DNA of 42,643 nucleotides from Solirubrobacteraceae bacterium (lineage in GTDB: Bacteria > Actinomycetota > Thermoleophilia > Solirubrobacterales > Solirubrobacteraceae), in contig JBEKRJ010000001.1 in NCBI GenBank assembly GCA_049518835.1, positions 1 through 42,643 on the forward strand, read 5' to 3'. Under the pieces are notes generated by a model. That model had not been told where the DNA came from and searched no databases. It saw only the letters and a program-made list of their open reading frames with translations. Made by a program: the position numbers and the translations under genes. Position 1 is the stretch's first letter; every line of letters begins with the position of its first letter. Positions 9,488-17,607 of the stretch are shown here, piece by piece.

Positions 9488-10642
9488 TCACCGCACCCCG
9501 GCCTCCTGCTGCAGCGGCACGAGCAGCTTGACGCGCCAGCGGTCCTCGCCGGCGGAGCCGAACTCGACCACGCCGCCGTGCCCGAGCGCCTCGAACGCCG
9601 CCAGCCGCAAGCCCATCCCCGACCCCTCCGCGGAGCCGGCGCCAGAGCCGGGGCCCGAGCGGGCACGCGCGCCGTCGTTGCGGACCTCGAGCGTGAACGT
9701 GTCCAGGTCCCGCGCGACGCGCACGTCGATCCGCGTCGGGGCCGCGTGCTTGCCGACGTTGCGCAGCGCCTCGGCGAGCACCGACTGCGCGAGCGGCTCG
9801 AGGTCAGCCGGGACGCTGACGCCGGCGTCCCAGTCGATCGCGATCGGCGGCCCGGCGGCGGCGCGCAGGCGCACGAGCTCGTCGGCGAGCGTCGTCCCCG
9901 TCTCGGGCGGGAGCGGCGCCAGCGGCCGCTCGAGCGCGCGACGCAGATCGCCGATCGCCTCGGTCAGCTCGACCCGGCAGCGCTCGCGCTCGGCATCCTG
10001 GAGCGGCTGCGCGGCGCCGAGCGCGAGCGACACGCCGAACAGGCGCTGCAGCACGCGCTCGTGGATCTCGCGCGCCAATCCGAGGCGCTCGGCGAGCCGG
10101 CGCGAGCGCTCCTGCTGGCGGGTTGCGTTGCGCGCGGTCGCGACCAGCGCGGCGGTCTTGCCGAGCGTCCACAGCAGGTGGCGCTCGCCGTCGGTGAGCT
10201 CGAAGCGGCCACCGCCGCGGTCGGCGCAGATCACCCCATAAGCGCGTCCGGCGGCGCTCATCGGCGTGCACACGAGCGTCGTGATCCCGAGCACCTGCGC
10301 GTACTCGGGCGGCACCGCCTCCTCGATCCGCTCCGAGACGACCACGACCTCGTCCTCGAGCAGCGCGCGCTGGGCAATCGGGGCGGTCACGAGCGTCGGG
10401 CGCAGCGAGGCCAGCTGCGAGAACGAGGTCCCGTGCGCGCCGACCGCGCGCACCCGCCGCCGGCCGGCGTCGGCGATGAAGATCGCCGCCCGGCGCATCG
10501 TCGTCAGGCGGCAGATCGCCTCGCAGATCCGGTCGTAGAACTCGGTCGACGAGGTGTCGGTGTCGATGTCGGCGAGCAACTCGACGAACACCTCGAGCGG
10601 CTCGACGCCGGCAAACAGCGACGGCGCGCGCTCGAGCGTCAC
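9488..10642 (-). CDS. cytoplasmic GAF-domain sensor histidine kinase (HisKA_3 type)
   Basis: GAF (LVCTPM...YGVI), H-box AREIHE, N-box EALRNVGKHA, NDG, GMGL; no TM segment. Confidence 0.88.
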   Translation of the reverse strand: MTLERAPSLFAGVEPLEVFVELLADIDTDTSSTEFYDRICEAICRLTTMRRAAIFIADAGRRRVRAVGAHGTSFSQLASLRPTLVTAPIAQRALLEDEVVVVSERIEEAVPPEYAQVLGITTLVCTPMSAAGRAYGVICADRGGGRFELTDGERHLLWTLGKTAALVATARNATRQQERSRRLAERLGLAREIHERVLQRLFGVSLALGAAQPLQDAERERCRVELTEAIGDLRRALERPLAPLPPETGTTLADELVRLRAAAGPPIAIDWDAGVSVPADLEPLAQSVLAEALRNVGKHAAPTRIDVRVARDLDTFTLEVRNDGARARSGPGSGAGSAEGSGMGLRLAAFEALGHGGVVEFGSAGEDRWRVKLLVPLQQEAGVR

Positions 10643-10725
10643 GCCGCCGGCTCGCCCACGACCGCTCGCGAACCGCTCACGCCGCCGGCTCCCCCAGGAG
10701 CGCTCGCGAACCGCTCACGCCGCCG
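10639..10725. repeat. 38-bp imperfect tandem repeat (about 2.3 copies) at the fbiC/kinase junction
   Basis: Units start at 10639, 10677 and 10715: TCACGCCGCCGGCTC...CGCTCGCGAACCGC. Confidence 0.85.
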
Positions 10726-12928
10726 CCGCGGGCAGCTGGTAGCGCCGGCGGATCTCGTACAGGGTCGTGCGCTCGGCCGCCGGGCGCCCGGCGCGATGGG
10801 CGGCGGCGATCAGATCGCCGGGCTCGAGCCTGACCCCGTGGTAGCTGCCGGCCATCCGCGAGATCGACTCCTCCATCAGCGTGCCGCCGAGGTCGTTGAC
10901 CCCCCACCGCAGCGCCTCGGTCGCCGCGTCGAGGCCCATCTTGACCCAGCTCGCCTGCAGGTTCGCGACCGTCCGCCCGAGCGCCAGCCGGAACACTGCG
11001 GTGTGCTTGAGGTTCTCCTCGCGCGAGATCTCGGCGATCCCGTGGGTGCGGCCGAGCAGCGTGTGGAACGGGATGAACGACAGCGGCACGAACTCGGTGA
11101 AGCCGCCGGTGCGCTCTTGGAGCTCGCGCACGACGCGCATGTGCTCGGCCAGCTCCCACGGCTCCTCGATGTGGCCGAACATCACGGTCACGGTCGAGCG
11201 CAGGCCCTCCGCGTGCGAGGCCTCGATGATCTCGACCCACCGCGCCACCGGCAGCTTGTTGGGCGAGATCCGCTCGCGCACGCCGTCGTGTAGCACCTCG
11301 GCGGCGGTGCCGGGCGTCGACCCCAGCCCGGCCTCGCGCAAGCGGGCGAACACGGCCCGCGGCGCCAGGCCCGAGACGTCGCACATGTGCGCGACCTCCA
11401 TCGGCGAGTACGCGTGCAGGTGCAGCTCCGGCGCCAGGCGCTTGGCGAACCGCAGCCATTTCTCGTACTCCTCGAGGCCCCAGTCGGGATGAATCCCGGA
11501 TTGGATGCAGATCTCGGTGGCGCCGCACCGGACCGCCTCCTCGACGCGGCGCGCGAACTCCGCCTCCGAATGCTCGTAGGCGTCGGGCGAGCGCCGCGAC
11601 TGCCCGAAGCCGCAGAACGCGCAGCCGACGATGCAGATGTTGGACACGTTGACGTTGCGGTTGACGACGAACGTGACCGTGTCGCCCGCGAGCTCGCGCC
11701 GCAGCTCGTCGGCCGCCGCGCGCAGCTCCTCGATCACCTCCGGCCGCTGCTCGGCGAACAGCGCCGTCAGCTGCGCGGCCGACAGCGCACCGCCGTCGCG
11801 CGCCGCGGCGATCGCGCCCGGCGCGTCCCCGTCGGCAACCCGCACGTCCACGCGTCGCCCTGACCCCCGGCGCGGGATGAACGACCAGTAGCAGCGCTTG
11901 ATCACGTCCATCACCGCAGGCGCGACCCAGTCGGGATCGATGTACTCCGGGTACACGCACAGCCGCTCGGCGAGCGCGATCCCGTCCGCGTGCAGCCGCC
12001 GGCGCACCTGGTTTGGCGACGGGAACGGGTGCTCGGGCGAGATGTGGTCGCCGTTGGCGCTCAGCCCGCCGAGGTCGGTGGCGCCGGCGCGCACGAGCTC
12101 GGGCCACCAGTCAGACAGGTTGGGCGGCACCTGGATCCCGACCCCCGGCAGCAGCCGCCGCGCCTCGGCTACGAGCCGCTTCATGTCATCCAGCGTCACC
12201 GCGCACGCCCACGCCGGCGCGTCGCGCACCGGGCCCTCCCAGACCCCCGTGCGCCAGTACGAACGCGTCGCGGCGTCGGCGATCTGGGCCGGCTCGCGGC
12301 CGTAGTAGCGCTGGTGGGGAACGTAGTTCTGGAGGATCACCTCCTGGATGTGGCCGTAGCGGGCGTGCAGCTGCGCCAGCGCCTCCAGCGCCGCGATCCG
12401 CTCGCCCGAGGACTCGCCGATCCCGACCAGGATCCCCGACGTGAACGGGATCTCGAGCTCGCCGGCGGCCGCGATCGTCTCCAGCCGGCGCGCCGGGTGC
12501 TTGCTCGGCGACCCCTGGTGGACGACCAGCTCGGGGTTGGTCGACTCGAGCATCAGGCCCTGGGAGGCGGTCACCTCGCGCAGCCGCGCGAGGTCGCCGG
12601 CGCCCAGCACGCCGAGGTTCGTGTGCGGCAGCAGCCCGCGCTCCAGCGCCTGCTCGCACGCCCACGCCACGTATCCGGTGAAGTCCTCGAACCCGTACTG
12701 CGCCAACAAGGCCGCGACCTGCGCGTTGACCTCGGGCCGCTCTCCGGTCAGCACCAGCAGCTCCTTGACGCGGTGCTTGGAGACCGCGTCGTCGAGGATC
12801 TGCAACACCTCCGCCGGCGCGTGCAGATGCGCCTGGCGGGTCGCGAACGAGCAGTACTTGCAGTAGCAGCGGCAGGTCCGTGACAGCGACAGCGTCAGGT
12901 TGCGGCTGAAGGTCACCCGTCGTCGCAT
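10715..12928 (-). CDS. fbiC: bifunctional FO synthase CofG-CofH (F420 biosynthesis)
   Basis: Two radical-SAM motifs (CRCYCKYC, CIVGCAFC), GHIQEVILQN, VVNRNVN, PGTAAE, DLGGTLMEESISRMAG. Confidence 0.92.
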   Translation of the reverse strand: MRRRVTFSRNLTLSLSRTCRCYCKYCSFATRQAHLHAPAEVLQILDDAVSKHRVKELLVLTGERPEVNAQVAALLAQYGFEDFTGYVAWACEQALERGLLPHTNLGVLGAGDLARLREVTASQGLMLESTNPELVVHQGSPSKHPARRLETIAAAGELEIPFTSGILVGIGESSGERIAALEALAQLHARYGHIQEVILQNYVPHQRYYGREPAQIADAATRSYWRTGVWEGPVRDAPAWACAVTLDDMKRLVAEARRLLPGVGIQVPPNLSDWWPELVRAGATDLGGLSANGDHISPEHPFPSPNQVRRRLHADGIALAERLCVYPEYIDPDWVAPAVMDVIKRCYWSFIPRRGSGRRVDVRVADGDAPGAIAAARDGGALSAAQLTALFAEQRPEVIEELRAAADELRRELAGDTVTFVVNRNVNVSNICIVGCAFCGFGQSRRSPDAYEHSEAEFARRVEEAVRCGATEICIQSGIHPDWGLEEYEKWLRFAKRLAPELHLHAYSPMEVAHMCDVSGLAPRAVFARLREAGLGSTPGTAAEVLHDGVRERISPNKLPVARWVEIIEASHAEGLRSTVTVMFGHIEEPWELAEHMRVVRELQERTGGFTEFVPLSFIPFHTLLGRTHGIAEISREENLKHTAVFRLALGRTVANLQASWVKMGLDAATEALRWGVNDLGGTLMEESISRMAGSYHGVRLEPGDLIAAAHRAGRPAAERTTLYEIRRRYQLPAAAA

Positions 12929-12971
12929 GCGCACCGCTGATTCTACGAGAGCCCCTATCCTGCCCTCGCTG

Positions 12972-13964
12972 ATGCGACGCGTCCTGCCGCTGCTGATCGC
13001 CGCCGCGATCGCCCTCGCCGGCTGCGGCACCAGCGCCGGCGCCTCGCCCCACGCTCGCAACGCGACGCTGGTGCTCGACTTCACGCCCAACGCCGTCCAT
13101 GCCGGGATCTACACCGCGCTTGCCCGCGGCTATGCCCGCGCCGCCGGCGTGGCGCTGCGGATCATCACCCCGACCGCCTCGACGGACTCGATCAGGCTGC
13201 TCGAGACCGGCCGGGCGAACTTCGCGATCCTCGACATCCACGACCTCGCGATCGCGCGCGAGCGCGGTGCCGACGTCGTCGGGATCATGGCGATCGTCGA
13301 GCGGCCGCTGGCGGCCGTGATCGCCGCGCCGCCGATCACCGACCCACGCGCGCTGGCGGGCAAGACCGTCGGCGTGACCGGCGACCCGAGCGACCTCGCG
13401 GTGCTGCGCTCGGTGATCGCCGGCTCGGGCGGCCACCCGAAGGCCGTCAAGACCGTCACGATCGGCTTCGACGCGGTCGCGGCGCTGCTGTCGGGCCGGG
13501 TCGCGGCCGCGACCGCGTTCTGGAACGACGAGGGGATCACGCTCGCCCACGACCGGCCGGGCTTCCACGTGTTCCGCGTCGATCAGTACGGAGCCCCCCC
13601 GTACCCCGAGCTCGTGCTGTGCGCGACCGGCGCGCAGCTGCGCGGCGACCCCGCGCTCGCGCAGGCGGTCGTCAAGGTGCTGGTGCGCGGCTATCAGACG
13701 GCGCTGGCAGACCCGGCGAGCGCGATCGCGGCGCTCGAGCGCGAGGTGCCCGGGATCGATCGATCGCTGCTCGCGCCACAGCTGCAAGCGCTGCTGCCGG
13801 CGTTCAAGGCGCCCGACGGGCGAATCGGGGACCTGCAGCCAACCGTGCTCGCCGCCTGGGCCCGCTGGGAAGCCAGGTTTGGGATCGTCGCCCGCGCCCC
13901 CGACGTCGCCGCGACGTTTGACCGCAGCTTCGTGGCCGCGGCTACTGCGCCCGCCGGCGCTTGA
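12972..13964 (+). CDS. ABC substrate-binding lipoprotein, NMT1/THI5 (ThiY/RibY-like)
   Basis: Signal peptide with LAGC lipobox; LDFTPNAVHAGIY motif; GAPPYPELV. Confidence 0.85.
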   Translation: MRRVLPLLIAAAIALAGCGTSAGASPHARNATLVLDFTPNAVHAGIYTALARGYARAAGVALRIITPTASTDSIRLLETGRANFAILDIHDLAIARERGADVVGIMAIVERPLAAVIAAPPITDPRALAGKTVGVTGDPSDLAVLRSVIAGSGGHPKAVKTVTIGFDAVAALLSGRVAAATAFWNDEGITLAHDRPGFHVFRVDQYGAPPYPELVLCATGAQLRGDPALAQAVVKVLVRGYQTALADPASAIAALEREVPGIDRSLLAPQLQALLPAFKAPDGRIGDLQPTVLAAWARWEARFGIVARAPDVAATFDRSFVAAATAPAGA

Positions 13965-14304
13965 ACTCCTCGCGCACCGACTCCGGCCGGCCCCACATCT
14001 GCGTCACCTCGACCCGCCCGGTGCGGACCTCGCGGACCGCCAGCTCGCCGTCGATGCCGGCATCGTCGAGCAGCTTCAGCGCGCCGTAGACGGCGGGCGC
14101 GGCGGCGGCGTGGCCGAAGCGGTGCGCGACCAGCAGCCGCCAGTGCCAGTCGTGCTTGGAGTAGGGCTGGGCGTTGCAGATCACGGTCAGGACGGCCGCG
14201 TCGACGTACCGTCGCTCGTCGAAGATCCGCAGATCGAGCTCGAGGTCGGTCCAATCGTCGGGCAGCGAGTCGACGATCTCGGTGAAGGTGTCCGCGAGTC
14301 CCAT
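13942..14304 (-). CDS. hypothetical protein (about 120 aa)
   Basis: Coding-like composition (MGLADTFTEIVDSLPDDW...); fills the gap; no family recognised. Confidence 0.75.
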   Translation of the reverse strand: MGLADTFTEIVDSLPDDWTDLELDLRIFDERRYVDAAVLTVICNAQPYSKHDWHWRLLVAHRFGHAAAAPAVYGALKLLDDAGIDGELAVREVRTGRVEVTQMWGRPESVREEFKRRRAQ

Positions 14305-14345
14305 GCTCGGCATCCGCGCTGCGCAGCGTACCGCGCGACGAGCCC

Positions 14346-14522
14346 TCAATGGCCCAGCGAGACGACGAACACGTACACGACCATCGCACCGAGGACGATC
14401 GAGACCACGCGCAGCGCCCACAGCCCGGCGCGCACGCGGGCGCTCAGGGCTGCGCGCGGCAGCGGGCGCGACCGCTCTGCGACCAGCTGGTCGGGCTCGA
14501 GATAGTGCTCGTGATCGCCCAT
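14346..14522 (-). CDS. small single-TM membrane protein (58 aa)
   Basis: ATG 1 nt after the NRAMP stop; C-terminal hydrophobic helix. Confidence 0.7.
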   Translation of the reverse strand: MGDHEHYLEPDQLVAERSRPLPRAALSARVRAGLWALRVVSIVLGAMVVYVFVVSLGH

Positions 14523-14523
14523 C

Positions 14524-15915
14524 TCAGAGCAGATGGACGGCCTGCAGGAACGAGTCGACCGCGTACGCGCTGCCGCACAGCGAGATGAACGCGACGATCG
14601 CAATCGCGACGCGATTGAGGACGGCGCCGTTGGCCCATCGCCCCATCAGCTGGCGGTCTGACGCGAGCAGGATCAGGAACACCAGCGCGACCGGCAACAG
14701 CACCGTCGCCAGCACGTTGGCGTTGAGCGCGATCGTCAGCAGCGGCACGCCGGGAATCAGGATCACGGCGCCGGCGATCAGCGCCGCGCCGACGTTGGCC
14801 CCCAGGAACACGGCCTCGCCGCCGGCGGTGCTGTTGAGGCTGTGCGGCACGCCGATGCACTCGCCGACCGCGTAGCCGGTGCTGGCCGAGATCGTCAGCA
14901 CCGCGACCGCGCCGGCCTCGATCAGGCCGAGCGCGAACAGGCTCGCGACCACTCGGCCGGACACGTGCGCGAGCGCGCCAGGGAACCCCGCGCCGGCAAG
15001 CCCCTGGATCTGCGCGCCGCCGTGACCGAACAGCGCCGCCCCCGCGACCAGCGCCCCGATTCCGAACAGCGCCGCCATCACCGCGCCGGCGATCGTGTCC
15101 CAGCGGCCGTGGCGCAGGTCGGCGGGCGTCAGGCCTTTGTCCGCCGACGCGCTCTGCTGGAAGAAGATCATCCACGGCGTGACGGTCGCGCCGATCGTCG
15201 AGGCGACCAGCAGCAACAGCGTGTTGACGCTGCCGCCGGGAAGCGGCGAGAAGGTCGCCAGCGAACGCCCCAGCGAGCCCCAGCTCGGGCCGGTGAGGAT
15301 CGCGGCGAGCAGGAACAGGCCGTTGAACAGCGCCATCCCGAGCACGATCCGCTCCCAGCGCCAGTAGCGGCCGCCGCTGAGCGTCAGCACGATCAGCACG
15401 ATCCCGAGCGCCGCCGCCCACACCGCGCTGATGTGGAAGTACGCCAGCCCGACGCGGATCGCGACGAACTCCGCGACCAGCGTCACGAGGTTGGTGAGGA
15501 TCAGGTCGCCGGCGGCAAACCACCCCCACACGCGTCCGAAGCGCTCGAGCACCAGCTGGCCGTAGCCGCGATGCGTGACCGCGCCGACGCGCATGCACAT
15601 CTCCTGGCAGACGAACGCCATCGCGAACGTGACGACGATGAACGGGACGAAGAAGCCGAGCCCGTAGGTCGCGCCGGTGGTGGCATAGGAGATCATGCTC
15701 GGCCCGTCGTTCTCGCCCAGCATCGCGAGGATCCCGGGGCCGACCAGCAGCCACGCCACCAGCCAGCGGCTGCCGTGCCGGCGCGCGTTGTGGACGCGGA
15801 AGCGGTCCTGTGAGCGCGCCAGGTCCTCGGCCGCCAGCGCCGGCGGCAGCGCGATCGAGCCCCCGTCGGCGGCTGCCCCAGCCGGGATTCCAGGGACGGG
15901 AGCCGGCGGCGTCAC
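14524..15915 (-). CDS. NRAMP-family divalent metal transporter, non-canonical motifs
   Basis: About 11 TM; GPGILAMLGENDGPS...GATYG, QEMCMRVGAVTHRG, GATVTPWMIFFQQS; GTGA overlap with the upstream repressor gene. Confidence 0.88.
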   Translation of the reverse strand: MTPPAPVPGIPAGAAADGGSIALPPALAAEDLARSQDRFRVHNARRHGSRWLVAWLLVGPGILAMLGENDGPSMISYATTGATYGLGFFVPFIVVTFAMAFVCQEMCMRVGAVTHRGYGQLVLERFGRVWGWFAAGDLILTNLVTLVAEFVAIRVGLAYFHISAVWAAALGIVLIVLTLSGGRYWRWERIVLGMALFNGLFLLAAILTGPSWGSLGRSLATFSPLPGGSVNTLLLLVASTIGATVTPWMIFFQQSASADKGLTPADLRHGRWDTIAGAVMAALFGIGALVAGAALFGHGGAQIQGLAGAGFPGALAHVSGRVVASLFALGLIEAGAVAVLTISASTGYAVGECIGVPHSLNSTAGGEAVFLGANVGAALIAGAVILIPGVPLLTIALNANVLATVLLPVALVFLILLASDRQLMGRWANGAVLNRVAIAIVAFISLCGSAYAVDSFLQAVHLL

Positions 15916-16595
15916 CGCTCGAGCTCCACGCGCATCGCCTTCGCAAGCGCGCCGCCGAGCACCTGCACGCGATCGACGAAGCGGACGAACAACGGGCCGT
16001 CGAACGGCTGCTTGTCGATCACCTCGAAGCGGTCGCCGGGCGCGATCCCGTGCTCGGCGAGGAACCGCAGCATCTCCGGATCGGCGTCCGAGACGCGCGT
16101 GAACGTGCCGCGGTCGCCGGCCCGCAGCTCGTGCATGCTGGTTGTCTGGCCCTCTTCGATCGTCAGCTCGCGGGTCGGGATCGGATCGCCGTGCGGATCG
16201 ACGGTCGGGTCGCCGAGCTTGGCCGCGATCAGCTCCTCGAGCTCCTCCGAAAGCACGTGCTCGAGCACCTCGGCCTCCTTGTGCACGCGATCCCACGGCA
16301 CCCCGAGGCTCTTGACCAGGTACAGCTCGAGCAGCCGGTGGTGGCGCATCACCTCGAGCGCGACGCGACGGCCGTCGTCGGTCAGCGACACGCCGCGGTA
16401 GGGCTCGTGGCGCACGAACCCGAGCTCGCACAGCCGCTTGACCATCCCGGACGCCGACGCGGCGGTCACGCCGAGCCGCTCAGCGAGGGCGTTGGTCGAG
16501 ACCGCGAGCGCGCCGCGCTGCTGCAGCGAGTAGATCGCCTTGGCGTAGTCCTCGACCGCTGAGGTCCGCGTTGCAGAGTGTTCCTGGCTCGACAT
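15912..16595 (-). CDS. DtxR/MntR-family metal-dependent repressor with C-terminal FeoA/SH3 domain
   Basis: EDYAKAIY, RHHRLLELYL, VHKEAEVLEH, DPHGDPIP. Confidence 0.93.
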   Translation of the reverse strand: MSSQEHSATRTSAVEDYAKAIYSLQQRGALAVSTNALAERLGVTAASASGMVKRLCELGFVRHEPYRGVSLTDDGRRVALEVMRHHRLLELYLVKSLGVPWDRVHKEAEVLEHVLSEELEELIAAKLGDPTVDPHGDPIPTRELTIEEGQTTSMHELRAGDRGTFTRVSDADPEMLRFLAEHGIAPGDRFEVIDKQPFDGPLFVRFVDRVQVLGGALAKAMRVELER

Positions 16596-16602
16596 GAGAA
16601 GA

Positions 16603-16634
16603 ATTATGGTACCCCTAAACCTTGGTTTCGGCAA
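16603..16634 (-). promoter_or_regulatory. sigma70-type promoter TTGCCG-N17-TACCAT overlapped by a putative DtxR/MntR box
   Basis: -35 at 16634-16629 and -10 at 16611-16606; imperfect palindrome TTAGG-GGTAC-CATAA covers the -10. Confidence 0.6.
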
Positions 16635-16656
16635 GTCCGTCCCTATCCTTTAGGCG

Positions 16657-17607
16657 ATGACCTCGCTGAACGCCCTGAGCGGGACCGAATACGAGCTGCT
16701 CGCCGGCGCGTGCGGGCTGCTGGACCGCTCGCAACGCGGCAAGCTGGCGCTCACCGGGCCCGACAAGAAGACCTTCCTGCATGGCCAGGTGACCAACGAG
16801 ATCGAGGCGTTGACGCCCGGCGAGGGCTGCTACGCCGCGTTTTTGACGCCAAAGGGCAAGATGCTCGGCGACCTGCGCGTGCTCGACGCGGGCGACGAGC
16901 TGCTGCTCGACACCGAACGGGTCGCGTTGCAGCAGCTGTTCAACATGATCCGGCGGTTTTGCGTCGGCTACCAGGTCGAGCTGCACAAGCGCACGGTCGA
17001 GTCCGGGCTGCTGGCGCTGATCGGCCCTGCCTCGGCCTCGATCGCCGGCGCCTGCGAGCTGCCCGAGGTCGAGCACGCGCACGGTCCGGTGTCGATCGCC
17101 GGCGTGCCCGCGCGGGCGATCCGCACCGACGTCGGGATCGACCTGCTGTGCGCGACCGGCGAGCTCGAGCCGTTGCGCGCGGCGCTGGTCGCCGGCGGCG
17201 CCGCGCCGGTGTCCGAGGCGGCGGCCGAGTGCGTGCGGATCGAGCACGGGCGCCCTCGCTACGGCGTCGATCTCGACGACACCGTGATCCCGCAGGAGGC
17301 GGGGCTCAACGAGCGCGCGGTGTCGTTCACGAAGGGCTGCTACGTCGGCCAGGAGACCGTCGCGCGACTGCACTACCGGGGCAAGCCCAACCGCCGGCTG
17401 CGGGGGCTGCGGCTGTCGGCGGCGGCCACGGCTGGCGACGAGGTCACGTTCGAGGGCCGCGCGGTCGGCAGCCTGACGAGCACCGCCGTGTCGCCGCGCC
17501 TGGGCCCGATCGCGCTCGCGCTGATCCGCCGCGAGGCGCCCGACGGCGCTCAGGTCGCCGTCGGCGCGGACCTGACCGCCGAGGTCGTCGCGCTCCCGTT
17601 CGACTGA
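16657..17607 (+). CDS. ygfZ: YgfZ/GcvT-family folate-binding Fe-S maturation protein
   Basis: FLHGQVTNE, LTPKGK, signature KGCYVGQE. Confidence 0.92.
   Translation: MTSLNALSGTEYELLAGACGLLDRSQRGKLALTGPDKKTFLHGQVTNEIEALTPGEGCYAAFLTPKGKMLGDLRVLDAGDELLLDTERVALQQLFNMIRRFCVGYQVELHKRTVESGLLALIGPASASIAGACELPEVEHAHGPVSIAGVPARAIRTDVGIDLLCATGELEPLRAALVAGGAAPVSEAAAECVRIEHGRPRYGVDLDDTVIPQEAGLNERAVSFTKGCYVGQETVARLHYRGKPNRRLRGLRLSAAATAGDEVTFEGRAVGSLTSTAVSPRLGPIALALIRREAPDGAQVAVGADLTAEVVALPFD

Noticed and set aside
10639-10725. Repeats here and at 23927-24000 as mini-CRISPR arrays
   Set aside because: No unique spacers of regular length, too few units and no cas genes
12929-12971. TPP or FMN riboswitch before the THI5-like gene
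   Set aside because: Only 43 bp, with no conserved aptamer motif
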